Position numbers and translations under genes: made by a program. Below the pieces are notes generated by a model. That model worked only from the letters and a program-made list of their open reading frames with translations, was not told the DNA's origin and did not search any database. DNA of 64,000 bases from Felis catus (lineage: Eukaryota): positions 17,672,001 to 17,736,000 of the forward strand of contig NC_058369.1 of NCBI RefSeq assembly GCF_018350175.1, read 5' to 3'. Shown here in pieces: positions 39,601 through 51,689 of the stretch. Positions within the stretch are counted from its first letter, which is position 1. Each line of letters starts with the position of its first letter.

Positions 39601-42600
39601 GCTGGCAGTGGCTCGACTCCGTGACATTGTAACAGTCACCGCCAACACTTTGGAAAACAGAACAAGTGATATGTAAAGTACCCAGGAGAGACCTCGGCCA
39701 GAGAATATTTTAATCTCTTTATAAATCACTTCATAAGTTACTCTAGTCTCATGGTTCTAGAATCATTAACAGTCTAGACAGTCACCGAAAGTTCTTGGTC
39801 ATAACACACAGGGGGAATACCACACACTCTAGCAAAGTCTGGTTTAAAATACAGATCACGGGGCGCCTGGGTGGCGCAGTCAGTTAAGCGTCCGACTTCA
39901 GCCAGGTCACGATCTCGCAGTCCGTGGGTTCGAGCCCTGAGTCCGGCTCTGGGCTGATGGCTCAGAGCCTGGAGCCTGTTTCCGATTCTGTGTCTCTCTC
40001 TCTCTCTCTGCCCCTCCCCCGTTCATGCTCTGTCTCTCTCTGTCCCAAAAATAAATAAACGTTGAAAAAAAAATTTTTTTTTAAATAAAATACAGATCAC
40101 GGAGCCCCAGCACAGGCCTACAGAATCCAGATCTCTGAGGGTAGGCTTGAAGGACCCATTCTATGGTGGCTTTGGACAGGCTCTCCAGGTAACTCTGATA
40201 TCAGCCAGGTCTGGGATTTGCTGATTGTGGATATCTCCTTGGCAATGTCCTGGGTGGGCACTGTTGGACCCTGCTACTGCCAGCCAGGCTACCATGACCC
40301 AGAACCTTTATCAGCTACAGTCCCTGGGAAGGCAACCGGGGTCCCAGGGACTAGGCAAGGAGTCTGGCACTCAGCAGACGGGCCACAAGTCTGTGCCCGG
40401 AAAAGCCCTCCAGGGGCAGTGCTTGGGGAAGAAAGGACAGCTCGTGGAAACCCAGCCCCTGAGCACAAGCATCTGGGACCTGAGAACCTTGCTGCCACAA
40501 CTACAACCATGCTCATTCAGAACACCAAGTGAGAACATGTAGATGGGGCCACCTGTTGGTTCTAGGCAATGATTGGGCCCAGGCCCAGCAACGATCCCCA
40601 GCAGTCCAGGCCAGGAACATGCAAGTCCGTGCACAAAGCCGAAGTGGGTGCTCCAGGGCCTCAAATGGCAACCTTAGCTCTGAGACATTGTGACCAGAAA
40701 CAAGCAAAGGGGGAGAGGAAAAGGCAGAGGAGTAGTAGATGGGCAGCCATGAGCAGGAAAGCCAACCGGGGAGCCCATGAAGGGTGCCGAACTCCTGTCA
40801 GTCCAGCCAACTCACCTACTGGAGACCTCGTACTCCTGAGCATCCACAGCACAGGGTACTCCAGCCACCCTGACTGTGTCCTGTACGTCCTGCACATGTT
40901 GGCCCAGGTTGGAGCCCCTGATGGTAACACGGGTGCCTCCGTCTACAGGCCCAGTCAGCGGCTCCACCTGTTCCAAGACACGGACTGCTCACTTCCACCA
41001 CCAGTCAACCCTCGGCAGCCTGGAAAGGCAGTCCCAGACTCCCACCTTCGGGACCCCTGGGCCCACAGCACCCCACTCTCCCTCTAAAGGCAGCGGTGAA
41101 GAAGGGACATGCCAGCATTTCAACACACCGAGTAGATGAGGGGTGCGGGGCACTGCGTGGCCACAGCTTCAGTCTCGCCACAAGCCTCCTGGGCCACACA
41201 ACGTGGATGCTCTCCCTTGCACCACACACAGCCATATTGGGGCATGGCAGTTTGGCAGCGGCTACAGTCCCCGTGTCCCACGGAGCAGTCATACAGCACC
41301 ACTGGTTGCGGGAGGGGGGCAGAGACAAATGTGAAAGGCAGGCCTGGAGGAGCCCCGTGGCCCCAGAGGCCCCAGCTAGCTCACCATGCAACCCATCAGC
41401 ACTGTCCACACGCAGACGGCCAGCCCGACGCAGAAACAGCCCCACACGGAGCTCTGGCTGCAGAGCCTCATAGCTGAGCTGGAGAAATGGGAGTGGGGTC
41501 AGAGTCTGGGCCTGGGGGAGGCATCAGGCCTGGGGGGCGGTGGTGGTCAGAGAAAGGACCAAATGACTAGTTGTGGGAGCACGAGGTCAGAGGTCAGAAC
41601 TGGGGGACAGGGACCCGTGAGGCCACAGGATCAGGGGTCAGAGCCGGGGTACTCAGATTCCCTCGAGGTCACAGGGTTATATGTGGGGCTGGGATGATGA
41701 ATGTGGTGTGGCCAGCTGAGGTTGGTAGCCAGCCTGTGGCCGGCACACCCTTGCCCACCCAGGCACTCGTGACCCACACCTGGTTCTGCCGGCACGTAAC
41801 GTGGCATTGAGTCTCTGGAGGTGGCTCGCACTCGACCCGGGCCTCAACTACCACTTCACGGCCCTCCAGCTCCATCACACACTCATGGTCTCCTGGGCTG
41901 TCCTGGGGGCAGAGGACACAGCTGCTGAGGCAGCTTTAGGAGCTGGCCCCAGTGAGTCCCGCAGGGCCGCTAGCAGAGCCCCAGGGTCAGGGCCGAGATG
42001 TGGGACCAGGCCTCTTCCTGCTCTCCAGGGCTCAGGTATAGTTGTCAACAGCCAAGGAGGCCGCCAATATGCCTGCAACCGGACACGCTCACCTGGAAGA
42101 GGCGCAGGTTCCTGCCCAGCAGCCGGACTTCTCGCTCCACGTGGACTGGCATCAGCGTGGAGCCCTGAACACTCTCGACACAAGGGCAGGAGCTTGCCCC
42201 CCAGTTCACCTCCTCCTGGAGACACCAAGAGCAAGGCAGTCTATGGAGCCCACCCCATCACCTCGGTCGTTTCCCTGCACACAACTCAGGGCCCAGGCCG
42301 GCATGGAGCTGCAGACCCCACCCTGCCCCTCGACCCCTCCTGAGTCTGCCCCGCATCCCCTCCCCTGGAGGCCTCCTTCCTGGGCTGGGCCTCACCAGCT
42401 CCCAGAGCCCGGGGGTGTCGTATTGGTAGTCCAGGCTGGACAGGAGGATGAGGGGGGCGGGAGGGCCCTCGTGCTCAGCCGAGTCTCCATCACCTGAGAG
42501 GAGGGTGGAAGTGGAGAAGGCGGGTGTGTCACCCCCCGTCCACTCGTCCGCCTCAGGCAGCTCTCCGCCTTCTCTCATGAGCCAGTCCAGAGCGGGCTTC

Positions 42601-45600
42601 GTGGAGCCAGCGGCCCCTGGGAAAGTGGTGGCGGGAGCAGTGCCGGGGGGCTGGTCCAAGAGTGCCACGGAGGGGTCGGCCTCGGGGCCGGGGTCTGCAG
42701 GGGCAGGGGGCAGTGCCGCTGCATCTGAGGGCGATGGGTGGGAGGCCAAGAGGTCCTCGGGTGTGGCCGTGGGTCCGAAGTCAGTGGGGGCGGGGACAGC
42801 GGTTCCACGTCTGTTGGGGGGGTCGGGAGGGGGAGGTTCCTCATGGAGAGGTGACTCTGTGGAGGCTGAGGCAGGTGTGGGGCCAGGACCTGCCCCCGGC
42901 CCCCAGGGGCTGAGCAAGGAAGGGCGATCCCCAGGTGGGACATCCGAGGCTGTGGAGGGGGCACCAGGCTCCACGGGAAGGGCGTCAGGAGCAGGGGTGA
43001 CTGGGGTCTGGGGGGCTTCAGGTGGGAAGGGGGTGGGTACATCTCTTGCGGGAGGGGCTGGGGAGAGAAGCGGGCTCTGAAGGGGGAAGCAGAGAAAGAC
43101 AGGAGGGGCCACTCAGCAGGCAGGCGCGGGAGCAGGTGGCAGGCAGGCAAAGGGTGTGTTAAGAGGAAAGGAGACCAAGGAAAAGAGAAACAAAAACAGC
43201 CCGTTAATTCTCCAAAGGAGGGCGGGGAGGGCAGGCTCCAGGGGCATCTGTGTTGAGGCGGGACCTGAGGCCCAGACCTCCCCTGCCGCTCAGCTACAAA
43301 GGTCCTCTCCCCGAAACAGGCGGGACACCAGCAGCTGTTCTCCAGTGAGTCCGTCACACACAGCAGCTCGGGTGCTCACAACAGAGCCTCACATGGGCAG
43401 GCAGGCACACAGACCCCGGGCCATCAGAGAAACCCTCACAAAGGGAACCCCAAACCCCTGTGGGGCCCAGCTGGAGGTCCCGCTCACCTGCTGACTAACC
43501 ACCATGGGCCCAGCGTCACATGAGGCCTTGTGCGTGCACAGCTGCTGCCAGACACACCAGTTACACCCCCAGCGGCTGCTCACGCAGGCCTGGCACCTGC
43601 ACAGAGCACAGCCATGGGGCAGAGGTCGCCACGGGGCAGCCCGGGCGCTGGGGGTGTCGGGGAGGAACTCACTGTGCAGACGGGCGGAGCTCAGAGACTG
43701 CTGCACAGTCATAGATGGAGAGCGAAGCTTTGGCAATCACCACAGCGCCAAACCTGAGCTCCACGCTCACTGACACGTGGTCTGCAGGGTGGGAGAGAGG
43801 GCCCAGGCTGAGGAGTGGGGTTAGCACCCGGGATCTGGGGAACACAGCCCATAGGACACAAAATGGGCACTTTAGGGGACTGAGGACTAGCCAGGGGGCC
43901 CAGAGAAAAGTGCTATTTCAGGGATCCCCACTCGGAATCACACGTCACCCCAACCACACCCCCTGGAGCAAGACGGGAGGAGGGTGGGGCTCCCAGGCCC
44001 CAGGGCTGGCCCCTTCTCTCACCCACCGGCTCCTCTTGGCAGTGCTGGGGCCTCGCTAGGGTCCGGGGAAGGGCACATCACACCAGAACTGGTCAGCAGG
44101 GCAGGAGTCTGGTGATCCCCAAACTGGCAGGAATACGTCTCCCCTGGCCACAGGGGTGGCAGGTCAGGCACTGACAGGAAAACCTGGACAGAGAGGCCAG
44201 GACATGCTGCTGGAGCCACCGGGCAGCAGACCCGGGCTTGTGTTTCCAGAGCACCCAATGTGAGGGGGCACAGTGGCCACCAGCCCTCAAGCCTTCACAA
44301 ATGCCCTCTAGCCTGGATTAGAAGCAGACAGAGAAAGCAAGGCCCCAAGACAAGCAACTTGTATAGGGCCACATGGTATTTAGAGCATCTGACATTAAAA
44401 TGCAAGGTCCTGACCCATCACCAGAGTCCTCCCCACGAGGCATGTGCCCGCCCTGCTCATTCACCTCCCTCCGCTCCTCTCGGCTGATGTTGGCAGGACT
44501 CATAGCTGCCACTTGCAGACAGCCCAGCTCAGGCTGGAAGCTCCACAGCCACCGCTCTGGGCCCTGTCCCCGTGAGCACTCGGAATGGCGACTGCACCTG
44601 CAGGAGAATGACCAGGATGTACCTTCACGGAGCAGGGACACCTCCAATACTGGGGACCTGGGCGGGATCCTCAGGTGGGCCATGACACTAGGCTACGTCT
44701 GCCCTGGCAAGGCACTGATGCCCAGGATGGAGAATGGAGGTAGGGGATTGGGGCATCCAGGGGTCGTGGGCTGCAAGTCAAGGGCCAAGGACCAGGAATA
44801 CTGGACAGGGCTATTATGCAGGACCAGGGAGGGCAGGAGGTGGGGGTTGGGGTTGGGGAATGGGTCAGGAGTCGGTGGAGCACTGACCTGCCAAGGAGCA
44901 CACACCACCCACAGTATGGGTCCTTGTGAGCGAGACAAGAGGCACAGTCCAGGTGCTGAGCACAAGAAGCCACAGGAACCTTGAGAAGCTGTGACAGCAA
45001 TCCAAACACCAGTGACTCCTCCACATATGGGTCCCTGGCCCTGCCCAAGGCCCCTCCCAGCAGCCAGATCCTGGCACTCACTGTGCTCTGGGTCATGACA
45101 TACAGGTGCTCGAAGGCCCCATCAAAGGTGAGGTCTCTGCTCACCGCAGACCCCTGCTGGATGTTCTGTGTGGAGTATGGGTGGCCATCACTCCCTGGGC
45201 CCAAGTAGACCTGAGATCAGAGACCACAAGTTCTGGGACCCAAGTCCACGGCCATAGGCCCAAGGCCCTCTCTTCTTCCCACAATGAAGCAATCTACAAG
45301 CAGAATTTTCTGCTAGTACAAGTCATCCCACCCAGCCCTTGGGCAGGGGGTGGGGGAGATCACAGGTAAATACCATCCAGCTCTGGGAAGAGAAGCTTAA
45401 GTCATCTCTCCCAGCCTTAGGGCCAGGGGTGTGTCCCAGGGGTCACAGGCATAGCTCCTCCCCGGCTGGGTCACCAGCAACCTATTCCCTCTAGACCCTG
45501 GGGCAGGGCCCGGTACTTCCAGTGGACCCACCCTGTGTAGGTGTCCTTGACTGTCACCCAGGAAAGCAATGGTGTGTCCATCCTCCATGGTGACTGCCAC

Positions 45601-47604
45601 AGCTGTTAGCTGAATCCCTGGCCACTCCAGAACGGGCGTGGCTTCCAGGGGGACACGGCTGGCCATGGGGCTGGGCGTGTGGTCTGAGCCACAGGGATAA
45701 GCATCCAGGGTATCCTATAGGCAGCAAGAAGCACCAGTAAGGCCCTCCCTATCCCCTGGCCCAGCCAGCTTTTGCTGAATGACTCTCTTCTCTGGACGGC
45801 CTTATTCCATCACCCCTCCCTTAAGGAGCCCCCGGACAGCCTCACCCCACCCCTAGTGTCTCTGCCAGCCCTCCCTGATGTTGCCCACAGCTGCATCCTT
45901 AGTGGGGCCTCAGCTGCTAATCTCCAGCAGCCCCTTACCCCGCTCTTGATCCCCACCTATCTGGGGCTCCACCTTCCCACACCCTTGGCCTTCCCCCAGG
46001 GTACGCACTCAGCCTTCCCCTGGACCACTTGCCCAAAGCCTCTCAAAGCTTGCGTCTTCATGTCCAGGTCCACTCCCCTGGGTCCCTGCCACCTCTCCCT
46101 CACTCGGTCCCCCTAGCTGTGGTTTCTCCCCCGTGTTATCTATCCAGAGACTAGAGCCAAACAAGCCTCAACCTCACCTGCCTCTCTTGCTCAATAACGT
46201 AAAACAACAGGGCCCATCTTCCCACATTCTAGGTCCCTGCCCCATACCCTAGGACCCCAAACACCTTCAGTCCACCTACACGAATACCACCTCTGCAGGA
46301 AGCAGTCCAAGCCCCACTCTGAATGGCCCTCTGTCCCCTGAGTGCCACGATTTTCGTAAGGCATCTCCATCACCCAGACACAAAGGAAGCACATAACATC
46401 CATTGACCTGATCAGCCCCCACACCACCAGCTTCCCTTTGGACTCCTCGGGCAGCTGCCTGGCCGTGAATGCCAGACAGGGACGAGCTGGGACTCACCAC
46501 AGGCAACTGTGCGCAGTCAGAATTGACGTCATACTCGATGTAGGCCACCTCCACCCCATCCGTGGCGCGGCCCTCCCTAGTGTAGCAGGCATCTCGCGTG
46601 CGGTTAGCAAGGCGGTCCACCTCGTCCAGGGGGAAGGCGCAGAGGGCAGAGGCTCCAGATGCTCCAGCAGCTGCTGACGGAGGCCGGCCCACAGTGGGGG
46701 GAGCGGCCGAGGAGAAGGCAGCAAAGAGTACCTCCCCCTGGGTCACCTCCAGGGATGTGGCCACAGCTGCAGCCTGGATCAGCCCATAGCGGCTACCCTG
46801 GCAGGCCAGAGGCAACTCCACATAGGAATAGTAGTGCTGGTCCCGGAGGCACACTCGGGACACATAGGCACGAAAGGCTCTAGACTGAGCCTGCAGGTCC
46901 CGCCGCAGGAACAGGAAGTAGGCACTGGCCCCACGTGCAAAGGCGCTCACAAAGTGGTGGCTATACTCGGAGAGGCGGCCCACGGCCAACTTGGCCGTCT
47001 CCTCATAGGAGAAGGCAGTTTGAGGGTCCAGTGGCCACAAGGTCCGGGTTGTGATGGGAGGGATGCCACCCCCCACGCCCCTGCTGGTGTATCCCCGCCC
47101 CACAAATAGGAGAGGCTCCCCAGTCAAGCCCTGGGCCACCAGTCCCACCGTGCTGACTGCAGGGTCATTAGCGGCCACGTACTGGGTGTCCCCAGGCCGC
47201 TCAGGCCGCAGCAGTAGTCGTTCAAGTTGGCCCAGGTGCCGCAGCTCACAGACCCCCTGGTGCACACTCCCGCACACCACGAGGGCCCCTGGGCTCACCA
47301 GGAGCAGCTGGTTCAAGTTGTTGGTAGGCTGGGCCTGAGGGCACTCATCAGGCATCACAGGTGGCAGGCAGTCCCTGCTATCTAGCACAGGGCCAGTGGG
47401 CACCGTAGCCTCCAGCTGCAGCTCAGGGCTCAGCTGGAACAGGAAGTTGGTGGCCCCCAGGTAGAGGGTACCTGAGGTGGGATCCCGTGCCAGATGCTGC
47501 AGATGCGTGCCATTGGGAGTGAAAGCAGCTGGTGGAGGGGGCTGGAGCGTGAGGACCCACCCAGCCCAGAGCGCCTGGAGAAGAGCTGGGCCGAGGGCAG
47601 GCAT
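27601..47604 (-). CDS. PLXNB1: Plexin-B1 (SEMA4D receptor; Sema, PSI, IPT, TM, split GAP/RBD, C-terminal PDZ-binding VTDL), complete, 2135 aa
   Basis: 36 GT-AG coding exons (minus strand): 47604-46498, 45714-45532, 45210-45082, 44988-44888, 44597-44465, 44183-44027, 43781-43673, 43596-43488, 43076-42396, 42215-42093, 41902-41780, 41478-41385, 41301-41129, 40967-40816, 39091-38986, 38842-38706, 38415-38239, 38046-37875, 37694-37452, 36748-36572, 36494-36346, 35835-35735, 35630-35413, 35272-35094, 34940-34874, 34643-34497, 33576-33408, 33143-33040, 32965-32881, 32645-32473, 32264-32104, 32006-31859, 30029-29965, 29828-29753, 28848-28774, 27705-27601. They sum to 6408 nt with all phases compatible. 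Starts [39 protein letters not shown], convertase site RRRR at 37937-37926, ends ENKVTDL*. Confidence 0.98.
30410..30630 (+). mobile_element. CanSINE in a PLXNB1 intron
   Basis: SINE body; TSD-like aaaaatcagg(g)aa(a)ctg on both sides. Confidence 0.88.
33964..34041. repeat. 3 x 26-bp minisatellite in a PLXNB1 intron
   Basis: aaggtaccccgcgtgggccaccaagg / aaggtatcccgcgtggatcaccagga / aaggtgccctgcgtgggccaccaaag. Confidence 0.9.
36056..36273 (+). mobile_element. MER58A-like hAT-Charlie MITE
   Basis: Terminal inverted repeats CAGGGATCAACAAA and TTTGTTGACCCCTG; internal ggccaaatctggcccac...gtaaataaag motif; about 220 bp. Confidence 0.8.
39860..40085 (+). mobile_element. Young felid SINE (SINEC_Fc-like) in a PLXNB1 intron, inserted in a MER5-like relic
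   Basis: TSD aaaatacagatcac at 39846-39859 and 40087-40100. Confidence 0.93.
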
Positions 47605-48279
47605 GGTCACCTGGCAAGGAGAGAGATGGAGTGCTGAGGGGCTACTGTGGGAGGTAAGCCCGTGACATTGCCAAGATGCCCCTCCTAACCGGGGGAGTGA
47701 CCAGAGGAGGCCTAGGCTTAGACAGCACTGTGGTCCAGGATGACCCCAGGATTGCACACTAGCAAGGGGTCAGGAGATCTTTCCTGGAAACTTCAACACT
47801 GTCCATTTCCTGCAAGCACTATTCTCTCAGGAGACATCCATCCTTCCCCACCCCCGCTTCTCCCTGCACTGCCCTGTGTCACCACAGGGTCCGAGGGTAA
47901 GGGGCTAGAGGGGTAGAGATGTGAGAAATATCCCATCCCCAGGGACCAGGGCCTGGAGAGGCAGGAGAGCAGGTGATGGGAAGGAGGGGCCCAGAACCCC
48001 GAGGAGGGAGAGGACCCCTCTGCACAGATGTCAGCTGCCTGCAGGGGGGAAAGAGGGAGGGCAAGGTCCCATGGGCCATCTGCACATTAGAGCAGAGCAA
48101 GAATTGGATGAAGGGCTGTTCAGGCCAGGAATCCAGAAGGAATCCACAAAACCAATGAAGAGATGAGGGAGACTGAGGCTGCCAGGACTGGGACCTAAAT
48201 GACTGGATGCCACCTTGGAGAGCCCTAAGAAGCAGGAGTCACACTTCTCCCAGGTGCCTAGGTGTGAGGTCAGGCTCAC

Positions 48280-48332
48280 CTGGCAGGGCCGGCTGGATCA
48301 GGAGACAACAGCATGACCTGTGTGGGAGTCAC
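48280..48332 (-). other. PLXNB1: PLXNB1 non-coding 5'UTR exon (53 nt)
   Basis: Minus strand reads tag|GTGACTCCCACACAGGTCATGCTG...GGCCCTGCCAG|gtgagc, a strong donor. The next acceptor is cag|GTGACCATG at 47610, 6 nt before the ATG. Confidence 0.7.
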
Positions 48333-50993
48333 CTAGCCAGGGAGATAGCAGAGCATGAAGCTGGGGGCTGGGCTGCAGGCATGTGGGAGCCCGGGCTCCC
48401 CTTCCCGCTGCCCAGCCTGCCAATGGAACTGGGCCCAGCCTGGCCTTCGGCCACCAAACACATTCCACAGGGGACGCCTCCTCAGAGCCCACACAGGGAG
48501 GGGGAGGGCAGCGGAACCAGGCACCCTCAGGGCCTGGGAAAGGGCAACTAGGAAGGAGCCCCATGGCAGGCGGGGCCCAGCCAGGCCCCCAGCATGGCCC
48601 TGTCCTCTGCAGCCCCTTCTCCCTTCGTAGCTACTGTCTCTTTCTCACCCTCTGCCCAAACTCTGTCCTTTTAGGGTACCCCGCTATACACCCTCCACAC
48701 AGGCCAGGAGCTGTCTAGCCCAAACTGCCACTGGCACAGACACGGACACAGGCTTGCACACACCAAGAAGCAGACATGCCGCCGGCCCTGCAGGTGCACA
48801 CCCATACACAAGCACACGGGCACTTGCACACGTGCAGATACATGCAGATATGGCGTGTCCACGTCGCACAGACACACATAGGAACACAACCCACGTACCA
48901 CACACTTAAACACTCGCACAAAGACACAGCCTCCTTACACGCAGGAACACACACGTACAAATAGGCATTCCGCGCAAGGGCATGTCACACCCCCCAGCAA
49001 AGACATATACACCACCACCCACATTCAGATACCCACGCATACAGATTCGTGCACACTTCCCTGCTTGAGCCCTAAGTCCTACAGGGGTGTGGAAGCCAGG
49101 GCATCTCTTGCTATTATTTCTCCTCCCGCAGGTCAGAGCAGAGCCAGGGCCCAGGGTTGGAGGAGGGCTGTCCCAGAGGAAGTCACCATGTCTATCCCCA
49201 AGACCTCCTCAGACCCTGGGTGCCTGTTCTCCTCACAGATCCCTCCTTGTGGGCCCCAGCTAAGGCCTGCTGAAGCAGAAAACCATGGTAACACCATCTT
49301 CCCCAGCCCCGGGTGGTCCCCAGCCAGGAGCATCAGGTTGGGGAAGTGCTGCTCCCAGGCCAAGCCGGGAGATATTTCCCCTCCTCGCCTCTGCCCAGGC
49401 CACGTTGCCCAGCCCCTCCCACCACCCAGTGGCCAGTCTGCCTGAGGGAGAGCTTCCCTCAGCTAGGGTCGGCTCCTCCCCGCCAAGGCCCCACCAAGGT
49501 GCTGCTGAGACTGTCCCGGAGTGAGTGGACTGGGCATAAGTTTTGGAGGAGGGTCCGGCCGCCTGGTGGGAGCAGGGGAGCCATGGCCACAGCCCAGCTG
49601 GGCACTGCTCCCGAAATAGCTTGGGGGTTTCCATTTTTAGTGTGAGGAGAACAGGGCAGCTCTATGGGAGCAGGAACAAGGCCGCCTCTGTTTGCTACCC
49701 GAGGGGGTGGGGGAAAGGGGATAGCAGGGAGAGTCGTGAACTCAGGACTATGGCAAGGCCAGGCTTCCCAGGAGCCCCCCACTTTGTTTCCAAGGGGTCG
49801 GGGAAGAAAGTTTCTTCCTCTGGGAAGACAGGGTCTGTCTGAGGATGGGCAGAGGCTACCTCCTGCACTCCCTCCAGTAGCCTCCTGCCCAGGGATGTGC
49901 CTGGGGCAAAGGGTCCATAGTTAGACCAAGAGTCACTCTGTCATTGGCTTACAAACATTTGCTCAGAGCCTACTGCATGCCAAAGCTTTCCAACCCTCAA
50001 GGGGCAGCAACAAAGACACTCCCCAAATGTAAAGTCACAACTGGGTCAAGTGGCCCACAGGAGGATGGGAGGGATCAGAAGAGCTCCTGGCCAGGCCACA
50101 TAGGAGGCTGAAGGCTGACCCACTCTGGGAAAAGTGATGGACTCTTTCAATCACTGAAGCAGGACCCTCACCCTTCTCCACATACCACAGGTGGTGGAGG
50201 AGGGAAAGAGGGGTGGTGACATCTCGAGGCACTCGAATTCACCTAACCCCTGCCACTGGCCAGAGCAGCCCCCAGCCCCTAAAGGCCACCCCTCCTACCT
50301 CACAGGATCTTCAAGCAGAATCAGAACACATCTCTCCCCTTTCTTTGGGGCAGCCCAAGGCCTCAAGAATAAAGGTCAAACCCCTCCAGTCCACGCCCTC
50401 TTCCATCCAATCTATGCCAGGGCTCCCCCACACATGCTGTTAGCTCCTGCTGGCCTAACTGTGGGCTGTTTCACACTCCTCCCTGCTTGGAATGCCCACT
50501 CCCTTTCTATCTAGTTAACTCTGACTCCCAACCATCTCCCAGGAGAGCTTTCCATGTCCCCCCAGGCTCCTGAGGAGTCCACCCTGTGTGGAGGATGGAA
50601 TGGGCATATCCCAGCTACCACTCTAGTGTGTACTGCGGCTCTGGCTTGGGCTGAGCCTCAGATTTCCCATTTGCAGAATGGGAAGCAAGACTGCTCTGAC
50701 CATTAAACATGAAATGTATATGCCTGGCATTGGTGGCACCAACCAAAGACACTTTTCTCTCTGTTCCACTCTCCCAACTCTAGACTTAAAGCTCCTTGCA
50801 GGCAGGAGCCCCAGCAACTAAGACAGATATTAGCACAAAGCAGGTGTTCCTCACATGTTGAAAGAACCCCCATTTCACAGCCAAGGAAATCCACTCAGGA
50901 GGGGAGATACGGGACCCACACCCTGTTCCAGCCACTTGGCCTCTCAAAGGACAAGGTGTCAGGTCCACTTTATTAATAACCAAGCCAGAGCAG

Positions 50994-51123
50994 ACTGAAA
51001 AGGCTGGTTTGGAGCCAGGCCTCGTGTCCTCAACTTACAGGATCACGAGATCTCAGGCCCCATTCGAACTCACAGGCAAAGCCTAACTCTGCTTGTACCC
51101 AGGTCCCAGGCCTGCCTTGAGGT
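50994..51123 (+). repeat. 130-bp dispersed direct repeat, copy 1
   Basis: Aligns without gaps to 54472-54601 with 5 mismatches. Confidence 0.95.
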
Positions 51124-51689
51124 CTCTTCTGGGCTCATCTTTCTCTAGACCTCTTCAGCAGAGCCCTCAGCTGCCTAACTTCTATCTGCAAAGAGAAAGC
51201 AGCTCTGGGGCCCTCCTGGGGCTGTCCTCACCAACCAAAGGGGCTAACAAACTCTGCCCTTCCACACCTGAAGGGGTGGTACCCCAGCTCTCATTTAAGG
51301 GGATCAATGGGAAACTGGACTTTCCCTCCCCTTCTCCTGCTTAGCTCCCAGGGTCCACCCGGGAGAAGAGATTCACCGGCAGCACTGTAATGCACATTGC
51401 TCGCCCTGTTGTCTGTGTTTCGAGGTGGGGTGGAGGGGCCCACCATTTACGCAACACCGCAACACCGGCGCGGACTCAGGAGCGCTCATCAATCACCCAC
51501 TGCCTGGGTCGTGTAGGGAGGTGGGGGGTCTCCCTCTGGGGATGCCTGGCACAAGGCTCACAGTCCGCCTTTGTCAGTTGCGCTGAGCGCAGCCTGGAAG
51601 GGCTGTTACTACAGAGGGCAAGCCTAGACCTCCCCATCGGCTCTTCTTCGACCTTCCTCCCTCCTCCCTCGGCCGCGGGGCAAGGACCC

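Noticed and set aside
42448..43357. 210-260-aa alternative-frame and antisense ORFs over the mucin-like exon
   Set aside because: By-product of C-rich Pro/Ala/Thr codons.
47611..47757. Apparent N-terminal extension of PLXNB1 in the 493-aa ORF
   Set aside because: Lies upstream of the acceptor at 47610, so it is intronic; the signal peptide starts at 47604.
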